Shown piece after piece: positions 10,868 through 20,927 of a DNA stretch of 64,000 bases. Position numbers and translations under genes: made by a program. This stretch comes from Planctomycetota bacterium. GTDB taxonomy: Bacteria; Planctomycetota; JAJSAM01; JAJVHW01. The DNA lies in the NCBI GenBank assembly GCA_965248445.1, contig CBDFJG010000003.1, positions 736,001 to 800,000 on the forward strand, in the 5' to 3' direction. Under the pieces are notes generated by a model that worked only from the letters and a program-made list of their open reading frames with translations, was not told the origin of the DNA and made no database searches. The first letter of the stretch is position 1, and each line of letters begins with the position of its first letter.

Positions 10868-11485
10868 TCAGCGCTTGCTGAACTGGAAGCCGCGACGGGC
10901 GCCGCGACGACCGTACTTCTTGCGCTCCTTGATCCGCGCATCGCGCGAGAGGAGCCCGTTGTCGCGCAGGGCGCGCTCGGTCTCTGGAGCCAGCACGATC
11001 ACGGCACGCGCGACGCCGAGCGCGACGGCGCCGGCCTGTCCGGACGTGCCGCCGCCGTGCACGTTCACCCAGATGTCGTACTCACGGCGAACGCCGGCCT
11101 GGTCGAGCGCGGCGGTCGCGGTGTGACGGTCCGCGACGTGCGAGAAGTACTCGTCGAGCGGCTTGCCGTTGATCATGAAGTTGCCGCCACCGGGGAAGGT
11201 GCGAACGCGGGCGGACGACGACTTGCGGCGGCCCAGAGTCCAGAGCGGGTTGCGCGCCGAGTAGTCCGTCGGACGGACGAAGACCTCGGCTACCGGCTCT
11301 GCGGCAACGGGTTCTGCGGCAACGGGTTCTGCGGCAACGGGCTCTACCGCGACGGGCGCGGTCTCGGCCGCGGTCGCTTCCGCCGGCGCTTCCGCGGGCG
11401 CCTCGACGGCCGGCTCCGTGGCCTGATCTGCGGACTCTGCGTTCGCGGCGGGGGCGGTCTCGGGTGTGACGGCGTCGTCGGTCAT
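10868..11485 (-). CDS. rpsI: 30S ribosomal protein S9 with acidic A/E/P-rich N-terminal extension
   Basis: GRRKSSSARV, GGGTSGQAGA, RDARIKERKKYG, C-terminal FQFSKR. Confidence 0.96.
   Translation of the reverse strand: MTDDAVTPETAPAANAESADQATEPAVEAPAEAPAEATAAETAPVAVEPVAAEPVAAEPVAAEPVAEVFVRPTDYSARNPLWTLGRRKSSSARVRTFPGGGNFMINGKPLDEYFSHVADRHTATAALDQAGVRREYDIWVNVHGGGTSGQAGAVALGVARAVIVLAPETERALRDNGLLSRDARIKERKKYGRRGARRGFQFSKR
11298..11342. repeat. 3 x 15-bp tandem repeat in the rpsI extension (EPVAA)
   Basis: TCTGCGGCAACGGG(T/C) three times. Confidence 0.85.
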
Positions 11486-11489
11486 GGCT

Positions 11490-11921
11490 CTAGGAAAGCT
11501 CCAACGGCTGTGGCTGCTGCGCGGCGTGCGGGTGGTCCGGGCCTGCATAGACCTTCAACTTGCGGATCATCTGGCGGCCCAGTCGCGTCTTCGGGAGCAT
11601 GCGACGGATCGCAAGCGTGATGACGTCCTCGGGCTTCTTGGCGAGCACGTCGGCGACGCTCCGCTCCTTGAGCCCGCCCGGGTAGCCAGAGTAGCGGTAG
11701 TACTTCTTGTCCGCCGCCTTGCGGCCGGACAGACGCACCTTCTCGGCGTTCACGATCACGACGAAGTCCCCGGTGTCGAGGTGCGGCGTATACGTCGCCC
11801 GGTGCTTCCCCATGAGGACGCGCGCGATGCGGGACGCGAGGCGGCCGACGACGCGGTCGTCCGCATCGATCACCCACCACCGGCGCTCCAGTTCGCCCTT
11901 CTTCGGCATGTACGTGCGCAT
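11490..11921 (-). CDS. rplM: 50S ribosomal protein L13
   Basis: [41 protein letters not shown]. Confidence 0.97.
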   Translation of the reverse strand: MRTYMPKKGELERRWWVIDADDRVVGRLASRIARVLMGKHRATYTPHLDTGDFVVIVNAEKVRLSGRKAADKKYYRYSGYPGGLKERSVADVLAKKPEDVITLAIRRMLPKTRLGRQMIRKLKVYAGPDHPHAAQQPQPLELS

Positions 11922-12046
11922 GGGGTCACCCCGCCGTGAGCGGCACCGGCATAGCCGGTCCGCAGGAACCTCTCCCCGGATTCGGGGAGGAAGCGGGCGA
12001 TGGTCCGCGCGAGCCCCCTCACGGTCCACCATTTTTGAGGGGTCCT

Positions 12047-13216
12047 CTACTTTGGAGCCGGCTCGACGCTCCAGGCCGCGGCGGGCACGATCCGCAGCCC
12101 GCGCGCCGCGACGGCGGCGCGCTGAAGCGGCAGAGGTCCGGAGGCCCGCAGCCCGAGGCGGCGCAGCCACGCCTGGAGGTCCGCTCCGGCAGCCCGTCGC
12201 CCGCCGGTCGCTCCCTCGCGTGCGGGCCCGGTCGCGCGCTCTCCGGGGAACGCCAGGATGCGAGAGCGCCCCCTCTCGAGGGTCAGTCGGACTCCCCGTC
12301 CGGTGAGCAACTCGACCCCCTCCTCGCTGCCGTCCCCCGCCTCGACGTGCAGCACAGTAGGTCGGCCGGCTCCAGCGGACGGCAGGATCGTGCCGGAGCC
12401 GTCGCGCACGGCCTCGACCCGCACGAGGGTCACGGAGTCGCGCCCGTCGTCGAGGACCAGCGACGCGCCGCGCAGAGCGCCGGGGAGACGGTCGCCTGCG
12501 AGCAGCCAGGCCAGGGCGACGATGCACGGAGCCGTGAGCCAGAGCGAGACGAGTCCCGGCCGTTCGCGACGGGTCCGCAGGAGCAACGCGAGCAAAGCGG
12601 TCGCGGCGGCGAGCAGCACCAGCGCCAGCGACACGTCGCGGGTCAGCACAGGCGCGCCGTCCGCCGCGCTCGCAAGGGCCCGGAACGCGTCGATGCCGCC
12701 GCCGGTCCGGTCTGCGCGCCACGGATCGAGGAAGCGGCGTCGCACGCCCTCCTCCGCCGCGGTCCGTACTGCAGCGGGGAGGGCAGGAGCGGCACGCAGA
12801 TCGATCCGCCACCAGAGCCGCCATGCCTCGGGTACCGTCGGTAGACCCTCGACCGACAGTCGCACGTCGCTGCTCTCGAACGACCTACTGCCCGGCGCTG
12901 CCGTGCCCTGGAACATGAGGAGTGGACGGACCTCCTTCGTGTGCATCGATGACGCGCCGTCGCGATGCACCTCGAACGTCACCGTGCTGCCCCGAATCGC
13001 GACGCCCGGCAGCACGAATTCGTCGCCATTGACGCCCGCCGGCTCGACCCACGGCGCCCCCTCGGCGCGCACACGATCGGGCACAGGCCGCACGCGAACG
13101 CTCACGGGATACCCGGCGCGCACGTGGCCGTCGAACAGCACCTCGACGCGCATGTCGTCGGCGAGCGCCGGCACGGCGAGGAGCAGAAGGACGGCGAGGA
13201 TGAACGCGTTTCTCAT
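12047..13216 (-). CDS. Hypothetical exported/membrane protein
   Basis: Signal peptide [19 protein letters not shown], two central hydrophobic segments; ATGA overlap with upstream gene. Confidence 0.65.
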   Translation of the reverse strand: MRNAFILAVLLLLAVPALADDMRVEVLFDGHVRAGYPVSVRVRPVPDRVRAEGAPWVEPAGVNGDEFVLPGVAIRGSTVTFEVHRDGASSMHTKEVRPLLMFQGTAAPGSRSFESSDVRLSVEGLPTVPEAWRLWWRIDLRAAPALPAAVRTAAEEGVRRRFLDPWRADRTGGGIDAFRALASAADGAPVLTRDVSLALVLLAAATALLALLLRTRRERPGLVSLWLTAPCIVALAWLLAGDRLPGALRGASLVLDDGRDSVTLVRVEAVRDGSGTILPSAGAGRPTVLHVEAGDGSEEGVELLTGRGVRLTLERGRSRILAFPGERATGPAREGATGGRRAAGADLQAWLRRLGLRASGPLPLQRAAVAARGLRIVPAAAWSVEPAPK

Positions 13217-13842
13217 CGCACCCGCCCTCGCCATACGCCCCGCGACGCCAGCACGAGCAGAACACAGCCCACGACCGCCGGGAGCGCGTCGATCGCCATG
13301 GCCTGCGGTGCCGATTGCGCGAGCAGCACTGGGAACATGACCGGCGACACACCGAGTGTGCCGAGTGCGTCCACACGCAGGAACTCGGCCAGCACGTAGG
13401 CGATCACCGGCCAGCCGAACGTCAGGAACGCGAGCACCGTCATGTGGCGTCGGCGGTTCCCTCCCGCGCCGAGCGCTCCGCTGACGCCCCACGCGACCGC
13501 TGCGGCTGCGACGGCCACCGCGTGCCCGCTCCCCGCCCCCGTCGCGGCCGCCAGGGTCGCGTGGAACGGAAGCGCCACGACGAGCAACACGAGCGCACGC
13601 AACCACGCCCGTCGTCCGCTCACTCGTCCCGGCCACACGAGCGAGAGCAGGAGGACTGCGTCGAACGCGGACAGGAGCACGTCCGGTGAGAGAGCGCGTG
13701 CCGCTCCGGGCGCGACCGGCGCCGGACGGCCGAGCGCGTAGGCGGCCAACCCTCCCGCAAGTGCGAGCAGGGGCGCGACGACGCCGGCCGGCACGCGCCC
13801 TGGTCCCATGGCGTATTGCCGTTCCGTCGCAGCCACCGTCAT
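13213..13842 (-). CDS. Hypothetical polytopic membrane protein
   Basis: About six hydrophobic segments; TACGGT-N6-ATG leaderless-type start. Confidence 0.65.
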   Translation of the reverse strand: MTVAATERQYAMGPGRVPAGVVAPLLALAGGLAAYALGRPAPVAPGAARALSPDVLLSAFDAVLLLSLVWPGRVSGRRAWLRALVLLVVALPFHATLAAATGAGSGHAVAVAAAAVAWGVSGALGAGGNRRRHMTVLAFLTFGWPVIAYVLAEFLRVDALGTLGVSPVMFPVLLAQSAPQAMAIDALPAVVGCVLLVLASRGVWRGRVR

Positions 13843-13873
13843 CGCGTCACCGTAGCGCGCGGACGGCGACGCG

Positions 13874-13893
13874 CCATCTGCGTCAGCAGATGG
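13874..13893. repeat. REP-like palindrome, family B
   Basis: CCATCTGC-GTCA-GCAGATGG. Confidence 0.7.
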
Positions 13894-13902
13894 GCCAGGA
13901 CA

Positions 13903-14922
13903 CTACGGGCGCCGTGCGACGACGCGAAGAGGGGGCTCCCACACCGGTGCCGGCCGCAACGGCACGACGCGTAGGTCCGCGAACGCGACCAGCACGCGCT
14001 CCAGCGTGGCGAGGGCCGGATCCGCGACGAGCGCACGGAGCACGTGGTTGGTCTTCTGCGCGAACGAGGGTTCGCCGCGCCGTTCACCGCAGCGCCCCCA
14101 CTCGACCGCGCAATCCGTCGGTCGTGCGCCGGCGGCGGTGCGCGGTGCCGCGCGCAACACGACCTCCGGCAAGCTGGGATCGATGCGTCCCGTGAAGTTC
14201 GTGACGTCCACCTCGTCGAGGAGGGCGAGATGCTGCCGTTCCGTGGTGACGGGCCACATGGCCAGACCGTCCAGCAGAGCGAGTGCTGCCTGCACGTCGT
14301 CTGCGCAGGTGGCGCCTGGCTTCGGCAGCGCACCGCCTGCTCCGGTCACGATGGGCAGCAAGCGGCCCTCGACCACCGGACGCAACGCGTGGCCTGTGGA
14401 GACCACGACGCCCTCGCCGTCGACGACCGAGAAGCCCGGCATCTCCCCGGCGCCGGCGACGGCCGCGCGGGGGCGACGGAACTCCACGTGGATGTCGAGT
14501 TCGTTGGGGAACCGGCGCCGCACCGAGCGCACCGAGCGGACTTCGGGCTCCGCCTCGATCCTTGCGACGAGCCAGTCGATGGCCTCGCGGTCGTGCAGAC
14601 GCACGGTTCGGCCCGAGAGTCCCGCGCGACGCGGGAGGTCCCGCAGGGACGGGCTGTCGCAGAACGCCGGAACGTCGGACCACTGCCAGTTCGCGACGTG
14701 GACCTCGTGCCGCGGGTCGGCCCGCCGCCGCAACTCGGCGGCGTGGACGACCAGGCAGGCCGCCGCCACGAACGAGCAGACGATCAGCGACCTCAGCGCG
14801 AACAGGAGTCGCGGCCGCACGACCTCCCAGCCGGAGATGGCGGGCGGATCGAGGGCGGCCTCGGCGCGCGTGGCTCGGGTGAGGTTCACCCCGTCGGTGC
14901 CTCGCGCGCGAAACGGCTCCAT
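13903..14922 (-). CDS. ftsQ: FtsQ/DivIB-like cell division protein
   Basis: N-terminal TM then POTRA-like IEAEPEVRSVRSVRRRFPNELDIHVEFRRP and VDGEGVVV; position at end of dcw; start uncertain. Confidence 0.7.
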   Translation of the reverse strand: MEPFRARGTDGVNLTRATRAEAALDPPAISGWEVVRPRLLFALRSLIVCSFVAAACLVVHAAELRRRADPRHEVHVANWQWSDVPAFCDSPSLRDLPRRAGLSGRTVRLHDREAIDWLVARIEAEPEVRSVRSVRRRFPNELDIHVEFRRPRAAVAGAGEMPGFSVVDGEGVVVSTGHALRPVVEGRLLPIVTGAGGALPKPGATCADDVQAALALLDGLAMWPVTTERQHLALLDEVDVTNFTGRIDPSLPEVVLRAAPRTAAGARPTDCAVEWGRCGERRGEPSFAQKTNHVLRALVADPALATLERVLVAFADLRVVPLRPAPVWEPPLRVVARRP

Positions 14923-15147
14923 CCAGACCGACCTCCCACCGCCACCGCCGGTGCGGCTGTCCAGAGCCGCACGTGTCTCCGAGTCCGTTCATCGTCCACG
15001 ACGAACGTGCCCTGCGGCGGCCCGTTCGGAATCCTCCCCGGGAGCCGCGTTCCCAAGGCTGACAGTCCGCAGACTCGGACGGAATCCGCCGCGCCCGACG
15101 CGGCGCGAGAATCGTTCACCGCCGAGACGCCCGAAGACGTTCCGGCC

Positions 15148-15214
15148 GGTGAGCGAGGGTGCGACGGAGCGGCATCCCAACCGTCCGGTGGACGGTTGGG
15201 AACGAGCGAACGCG
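15148..15214. repeat. Structured repeat family C (TCC-RGT-GGA hairpin), copy 1
   Basis: Ungapped 67-nt match to 55447-55513; 12-bp perfect hairpin 15175-15201. Confidence 0.7.
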
Positions 15215-15258
15215 AGGCAGCGGCCAGCGGCCGATGCCGAGTGGACGAGCCATCCGCA

Positions 15259-15390
15259 CCATCGGCGTCAGCGGATGGGCAGACAAACATGCCGCGTCAT
15301 CCGTGTCAGCGGATGGGCAGACAAGCACTGCCGCGTCCGCAAGCGGCGCAACCGGCATCGCTCCAACTGCGTCATCCGCGTGAGCGGATG
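15259..15390. repeat. Cluster of three family B REP-like palindromes
   Basis: CATCCGC-GT(C/G)A-GCGGATG variants at 15259, 15298, 15373. Confidence 0.8.
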
Positions 15391-15399
15391 AGCCAGGTA

Positions 15400-15675
15400 T
15401 CAGCTGCCGAGCAGCGAGGGCTTGGCGTCCTCGACGAACTTCCGGTCGCCGGCCGACGCGGACGCCTTGGTCGTGCTGCCGATCAGCTTCTCGTAGTCCT
15501 CGACGAACAACTCGAGCGTCGAGAGTGCGGAGAAGAGGAGATGCCGGTTGATCTCGGCGTTCTCGCCCTTGCCGCTGTGGGCGACCTCGTGGCGCAGCAG
15601 GCTGATGGTCACCTTCACCGGGTGCAGGCGCCGCGTGACGAAGTCGCTGAGGCTCATCTTCTCGGGAACGATCAT
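15400..15675 (-). CDS. Small hypothetical protein (91 aa) between murB and ftsQ
   Basis: GGAG RBS, ATG start, GC3-rich codons, natural amino-acid composition. Confidence 0.75.
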   Translation of the reverse strand: MIVPEKMSLSDFVTRRLHPVKVTISLLRHEVAHSGKGENAEINRHLLFSALSTLELFVEDYEKLIGSTTKASASAGDRKFVEDAKPSLLGS

Positions 15676-15763
15676 GTTGGCTCCGTGTGTCGACCGGATC
15701 TCTCCGGCCCCTCCGTACCGAGGACCGCGGTGCGTGCGGCCTCTCTTGTCCTCGAACTCCCCC

Positions 15764-15853
15764 CACCCGCGTCAGCAGATGGGCCGATCCAAATCGCGCC
15801 ATCCGCGTCAGCGGATGGGCCAAACATCTCTTTCTGTCCGCGTGGACGGACAG
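15764..15853. repeat. Cluster of family B REP-like palindromes
   Basis: Copies at 15764-15781, 15800-15817 and variant CTGTCCG...CGGACAG at 15834-15853. Confidence 0.75.
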
Positions 15854-15912
15854 GTCGGAAGACGCACGGAGGGTAGAGACAGCCGGGGACACGCAGGCGC
15901 GGTCCGTCCATC

Positions 15913-16836
15913 TCATCCGCCGCCGCGTCTCCAGACCTCGACTTCCAGTTCCAGTTCGATGCCGGTCTGCCGCGCGACCTCCCCGCGCACGAGGTCGATC
16001 AGGCGCAGGACGTCATCGCCCTCCGCATCCCCGCCGGTGACGAGGAAGTTCCCGTGGACCGCGCTGACGGCGACCCCGCCGACGGACGCTCCGAGGAGCC
16101 CGGCGCGGTCCACGAGCCGCCCGGCACTCTCGCCGGGCGGGTTCTTGAAGATGCAGCCTGCGCTCGGCTCGGAGAGCGGCTGCGCGGCTCCCTTGCTCCG
16201 GTGGATCTCTGCGACTTCGAGGCGGTACGCCTCGGGGTCGCAGGGCGGCAGCCTCAGGCGGGCCTCCACGATCACGAGTCCAGCCAGACGGCTCGCTCGG
16301 TAGGCGAACCCGCACTCGTCCGCGGCCAACTCCCGCAAGCGTGCACTCTCGTCGACGACGACGACGGACTCGATGCACGGCCCGAACTCGCCCCAGCGGC
16401 CGCCGGCGTTCATGCGGGCGGCGCCACCGACCGTGGCGGGATACCCCACCAGGCACTGCAATCCGCCCAGCCCCCGCTCGCGGGTCGTGGCGAGCAACCG
16501 GGCCGTCGAGAGACCCGCCCCGGCGGTCACCGCCCCGTCGTCGCCGATGCGCAGGTGATCGAGACCGTTGGTGCGCAGGACGTAGCCGTCCACGCCATCA
16601 CTGCCCACCACGAGGTTGGAGCCCTTGCCGAGCACCCGGAGGGGGACGCCTTCATCGCGCGCGGCACGCACCACCGCGGCGACTCCCTCGACGGTCTCCG
16701 GCTCCACGAGGTGATCGGCCGCGCCGCCGACCCGGAGCGTCGTATAGGGGCGCAACGTGTTCGGACTGGCCCGTCGAATCCCGCTACGGGGAGATGATCT
16801 GGCTGTCGTACGTGCGAAGCCGTTCGGCCAGGTCAC
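15913..16836 (-). CDS. murB: UDP-N-acetylmuramate dehydrogenase
   Basis: TTLRVGG, LGKGSNL, TVGGAARMNAG, SAGCIFKNP, HGNF, LELEV; true start may lie slightly downstream. Confidence 0.93.
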   Translation of the reverse strand: MTWPNGFARTTARSSPRSGIRRASPNTLRPYTTLRVGGAADHLVEPETVEGVAAVVRAARDEGVPLRVLGKGSNLVVGSDGVDGYVLRTNGLDHLRIGDDGAVTAGAGLSTARLLATTRERGLGGLQCLVGYPATVGGAARMNAGGRWGEFGPCIESVVVVDESARLRELAADECGFAYRASRLAGLVIVEARLRLPPCDPEAYRLEVAEIHRSKGAAQPLSEPSAGCIFKNPPGESAGRLVDRAGLLGASVGGVAVSAVHGNFLVTGGDAEGDDVLRLIDLVRGEVARQTGIELELEVEVWRRGGG

Positions 16837-18205
16837 GTGACACCTCCCCCACGCTTCCGGCGCCCATCGTCACGACGAGATCGCCCAACCGGATCTCGGA
16901 CAAGATCGCGTCGGCCACGTCGGCCAGACGCTCGCAATACGTCACATCGACCCCGCGGTTCGCCGCGGTGCGGACGAGGTCCAGCGCGTGCACGGCGCGC
17001 CGGGCCTCCTCGGAGTCGCGGGACAGGAAGATGTCCGGCACGAACACGCGGTCGGCGCGCTTGAGCGACTCCGCGAACTCGCGCATGTGACGTCGCGTCC
17101 GGCTCGCCTGGTGCGGCTGGAACACCGCGACGATGCGGCGGCCGGGGTGCTCCTCGCGGAGGGTCGTCAGGACGGCCGCCAGCTCCTGCGGGTGGTGCGC
17201 GTAATCGTCGAGCACGACGACGCCGTGTCCCTCGTAATGGAGCTGCATGCGGCGATCGACGCCGTTGTACTGGAGCAGGGACGGCCCCACGACCTCGTCG
17301 AGGTCGACGCCCAGCCGGTGCGCGACCGCGATCACGCCGAGCGAGTTACAGAGGTTGTGTAGGCCCGCCAGCCGCAGCCCGAACGTCCCGACGTACTCGC
17401 CGTGGTGACGGACCCGAAACTGCGTGACGCCGTCGGTGCGGCGCCAGTCCGATGCGATCCAGTCTGCGTTGTCGCGCAGGCCGAATGTTTCGACCTCGCA
17501 GACGACATCATCGCAGCGGAACACGCGCTCGTGTTCGTTCAGCGTCGCCAGGTAGCCGTCGGCCGGCAAGAGGCGCGCGAAGTCGTGGAACGCGTCCTCG
17601 ATCTCATCCAGATCGCGGTAGTAGTCGAAGTGGTCCCCGTCGATGTTGGTGACCACGGCCGTTGTCGGAGCCAGCGAGAGGAACGAGCGATCGAACTCGC
17701 ACGCCTCGGCCACGAAGTAACGACCGCAACCCGGCCGGTAGTTACCGCCGAGCGGCGCTGCCTCGCCGCCGAGGACCATCGTCGGATCCATTCCCGCGTC
17801 GACGAGGACGGTCGCCATCAGACCGGTGGTAGTCGTCTTGCCGTGTGTGCCGGCGACCGCGACACCATGTTCCAGTCGCATCAACTCCCCGAGTGCCTGC
17901 GCGTACTTCACGACGCGTATCCCCCGTGCGGTCGCGACGGCGACCTCCGGGTTGCCCGCGCCGACTGCCGCGGTAGCGACCAGCACGTCCACGTCGCCGG
18001 CGACGTTCTCCGTCGTGTGTCCAAGCGTGATGCGGGCGCCGAGGCTGCGCAGCTTCGCAACACGTTCGCCTTCGCGTGAATCACTCCCGGTGACCTCGTG
18101 TCCGAGGTGCAGGAGCGCTTGCGCCAGAGCAGATACACCGACGCCGCCGACGCCGACGAGGTGCACCTTGCGCTTTTCGGAGAACAGCCCCGGAGATCGG
18201 ATCAT
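16784..18205 (-). CDS. murC: UDP-N-acetylmuramate--L-alanine ligase
   Basis: HLVGVGGVGVS, AGTHGKTTT, EACEFDRSFL, DDYAHHP, FQPH, TMGAG. Confidence 0.95.
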   Translation of the reverse strand: MIRSPGLFSEKRKVHLVGVGGVGVSALAQALLHLGHEVTGSDSREGERVAKLRSLGARITLGHTTENVAGDVDVLVATAAVGAGNPEVAVATARGIRVVKYAQALGELMRLEHGVAVAGTHGKTTTTGLMATVLVDAGMDPTMVLGGEAAPLGGNYRPGCGRYFVAEACEFDRSFLSLAPTTAVVTNIDGDHFDYYRDLDEIEDAFHDFARLLPADGYLATLNEHERVFRCDDVVCEVETFGLRDNADWIASDWRRTDGVTQFRVRHHGEYVGTFGLRLAGLHNLCNSLGVIAVAHRLGVDLDEVVGPSLLQYNGVDRRMQLHYEGHGVVVLDDYAHHPQELAAVLTTLREEHPGRRIVAVFQPHQASRTRRHMREFAESLKRADRVFVPDIFLSRDSEEARRAVHALDLVRTAANRGVDVTYCERLADVADAILSEIRLGDLVVTMGAGSVGEVSRDLAERLRTYDSQIISP

Positions 18206-19383
18206 GCGGTCGTCGCCTCCAACTTGCGGCCTGACAGACTCGGCGGCGGCGGGGACACTGTGTTCCGCGCGCACTCCAGGACGATGTCGGCGACACAGCC
18301 GGCGGCGCGCGGTCGCGCGACGCTCCGAGCGCCGGCGCTCTTCTCGAGACGCGATTCGCGGTCGCCGAGCATGGAGCGGAGTTCGTCCGCGATGCGGGCC
18401 GCCGTGAGATCCGTCTCCGGGACGAGCACCGCAGCGCCGGCCGCGACGAGCGCGCTCGCGTTCTTCGCCTGGTGGTCGTCGCGGTGGTGCGGGTACGGAA
18501 CGAGAAGCGAAGGCAGCCCCGCCGCCGCGATCTCTGCGACGGCCGTGCCGCCGGCGCGGGACACCAGCGCGTCGCAGGTGCCGTAGAACGCGCCCATGTC
18601 CTCGAAGAACGGGCGCACGAGCGCACGTACACCGTGCGTCGCGTAGAGCTCGGCCAGCGCCGTGGCCGCCTCGATGGACCCCGTCGCGTGCAGGATCTGG
18701 AGCCGGCGTTCCCGGGGTCCGCCGAGCTTGGCCACGATGGCGGGAAGTGCCTCGGCGAAGCGCAGGTTGACCATGCGGGCGCCGAGGCTGCCGCCGAGCA
18801 CCCCGATGACCGGCTTGCGGGGCGAGAGTCCGTATCGCTCGTGCGCCGGCGCCGCGTCGAGAATCTGACGCCGTACCGGATTGCCAGTCGTCACGACGCG
18901 TGCTCCCCCGGTCGGCGGCAGCGATTCGGGGAACGACGTAGCCACCACGTCCGCGAACCGGGCCAACGCGCGAGTCGCGCGGCCGGGCACGGCGTTCTGC
19001 TCGAGCAGCACCACCGGGACGCGTGCGAGCCGAGCTGCGATGACCGGTGCAACGCTGCCGTACCCGCCCAGCCCGACGACCACGTCGGCCCGTTCGCGGC
19101 GGATCGCACGCAGGGCACGCGCCACCGCGCCGACCAGGCGCGCCCCGAACGCCGGCGCGCTGCGCAGACCCGCAGGGCGCCGCGGCGACGCGACGCGCAC
19201 GGTGTCCATTCGCAGGCCGCGGCCGTGCAGCGCCGTCTGCTCGCGCTCGGTGGCCGCGAGGAGCACGCGAGCGCCCGGAGCGCGAAGCTGCACCTCCTCC
19301 GCAACTGCGAGACCCGGGAAGAGGTGTCCGCCGGTTCCGCCCCCGGCGAGCAGCACCGTCGGCATGCCGGCCGCGCGGATCAC
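18202..19383 (-). CDS. murG: Lipid II GlcNAc transferase MurG
   Basis: AGGGTGGHLFPG, GGYGS, EQNAVPG, GNPVR, GGSLGA, HQAKNA; GTGA overlap with ftsW. Confidence 0.95.
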   Translation of the reverse strand: MIRAAGMPTVLLAGGGTGGHLFPGLAVAEEVQLRAPGARVLLAATEREQTALHGRGLRMDTVRVASPRRPAGLRSAPAFGARLVGAVARALRAIRRERADVVVGLGGYGSVAPVIAARLARVPVVLLEQNAVPGRATRALARFADVVATSFPESLPPTGGARVVTTGNPVRRQILDAAPAHERYGLSPRKPVIGVLGGSLGARMVNLRFAEALPAIVAKLGGPRERRLQILHATGSIEAATALAELYATHGVRALVRPFFEDMGAFYGTCDALVSRAGGTAVAEIAAAGLPSLLVPYPHHRDDHQAKNASALVAAGAAVLVPETDLTAARIADELRSMLGDRESRLEKSAGARSVARPRAAGCVADIVLECARNTVSPPPPSLSGRKLEATTA

Positions 19384-20639
19384 GAGGCGGCTCCCATCGC
19401 GTGAGTGGACGGGACCCTGTTCGGTGGCGTGCCCCAGACGGGACTCTGCTCCCCGCGGGCGAGCGCGTCGACGCGCCGGGCGACGGCGTACACGAGACCC
19501 ACCGCGAAGCAGAGGACCAGGAGCGACGAGCCGCCGAACGAGACGAATGGAAGCGCGATGCCCTTGGTCGGCACGCTCGCCGTGACGACCGCGATGTTCC
19601 CTGCGGCCTGCAATCCGATCCAGAACACGAGTCCGAACGCGAGCAGGAAGCCGAAGCGATAGCGTCTCGCCGCCGCCATCGCGACGCGCAGTCCGGCGAG
19701 CACGAGCACGATGAACAGCAGCACCACGAGACCCGTGCCGACGAAGCCGAGCTCCTCGCCGATGATCGGCAGGATGAAGTCCGTGCGGCCCTCCGGGACG
19801 AACAACTTCTGCCATCCCGCACCGAGGCCCCGCCCGAACAGGCCACCGGAGCCGAGCCCGATCAGGCCCTGATCCACCTGGTACGTCGCGGGATCGGAGG
19901 CGATCCGCTCGCCGCCGACCGCCGCGAAGCGCCGCATGAACAGTTCCCAGCGTGCGGCGGCCTGCCAAGCGAGCACCGGCGACGCGAGGCATGCGAGATA
20001 CGCCAGTCGCGGAACGGGCACGCCGCCGACGAGCATGACGGCCACGCCGACTGCGCCCAGGAACACCGCCGTGCCGAAGTCCGGTTCCACGAGGACGAGG
20101 AAGCAGATGACGGCCACCGGCACGACGGCGGGAATCGTGCTGCGCAACCAGTCGCGCGCGCGGCCGGCCCGCGCCGTGAGCAGGTGCGCCAGATAGAGCA
20201 CGAGCGCGAGTTTTGCCGGCTCGCTGGGCTGGAACGACAGCGGCCCAACCCGGAGCCAGCGGTAGGCACCGTTCACCTTCTCCCGGATCCCCGGCAGCAG
20301 AACGAGCACCAGCATGCACGTCACGACGATCAGCAGGGGACGTGCGAGACGACGGAGGCGCGACAGGTCCATGCGCATGCCGAGCCCCATGACGACGGCG
20401 CCGAGCACCACGTGGAACACGTGCTTGCGCAGGAACGCCGAGCGGTCGAACGCGTCTCCGTCGGGACCGAACGCCGAGGCGCTGAATACCGCGATCGTCC
20501 CGATCAGGGTCAGCGCGAGAGCAGCCAGCACGAGCACGCGCGCGGACGGCTCCACCGGTCCGAGCGGCCGGGTCCACGCGGCCGGACCGGCGTCCTCGCG
20601 CACGGTGACGGAGTGGGCGGGGTGGAGGACCGCCGTCAC
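19380..20639 (-). CDS. ftsW: SEDS peptidoglycan glycosyltransferase FtsW
   Basis: NGAYRW, FQPSEPAK, EPDFGT, PEGRTDFI, PTKGIALPFVSFGGSS. Confidence 0.95.
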   Translation of the reverse strand: MTAVLHPAHSVTVREDAGPAAWTRPLGPVEPSARVLVLAALALTLIGTIAVFSASAFGPDGDAFDRSAFLRKHVFHVVLGAVVMGLGMRMDLSRLRRLARPLLIVVTCMLVLVLLPGIREKVNGAYRWLRVGPLSFQPSEPAKLALVLYLAHLLTARAGRARDWLRSTIPAVVPVAVICFLVLVEPDFGTAVFLGAVGVAVMLVGGVPVPRLAYLACLASPVLAWQAAARWELFMRRFAAVGGERIASDPATYQVDQGLIGLGSGGLFGRGLGAGWQKLFVPEGRTDFILPIIGEELGFVGTGLVVLLFIVLVLAGLRVAMAAARRYRFGFLLAFGLVFWIGLQAAGNIAVVTASVPTKGIALPFVSFGGSSLLVLCFAVGLVYAVARRVDALARGEQSPVWGTPPNRVPSTHAMGAAS

Positions 20640-20643
20640 CTAG

Positions 20644-20927
20644 GAGCCTGTTTGAGTAACCCGCGCGGCCACGACGCTGCGCCGGTGGCCCGGATGCAAG
20701 GCGGACCGATGAAGGCACCCCCGGTGGGTTGTCGAAGAGGTCCAACGCCGCAGACGGCCACCGTCGCAGCGCCCCGAGTGTCGTACTGATCTTCACGAGG
20801 GGTCGGCAGAGGCCGGCCCCCGCCGCGTCGGACCGCGTCAGCAGATCGATGGATCTTCATCCTTCGCCCTCCTTGCGGGCATCCGGCCTCTGCCGATCGT
20901 GACTCGCCTGGTTACTCAAGCAGGCTC
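20644..20927. mobile_element. MITE (284 bp) with 18-bp terminal inverted repeats and CTAG target duplication
   Basis: GAGCCTGTTTGAGTAACC (20644-20661) vs GGTTACTCAAGCAGGCTC (20910-20927), 17/18 match; CTAG at 20640-20643 and 20928-20931; no transposase. Confidence 0.88.

Noticed and set aside
11922..12046. L13 autoregulatory leader
   Set aside because: Short hairpins are present but cannot be told from background without comparative data
15250..15853. Clustered short repeats as a CRISPR array
   Set aside because: Units are ~20-bp palindromes with irregular spacing and partly repeated spacers, interrupted by an ORF; no cas genes
16784..20796. Apparent 1020-aa and 864-aa Mur fusion ORFs
   Set aside because: Upstream open-frame extensions; real murC and murG starts overlap the preceding stops by 4 bp
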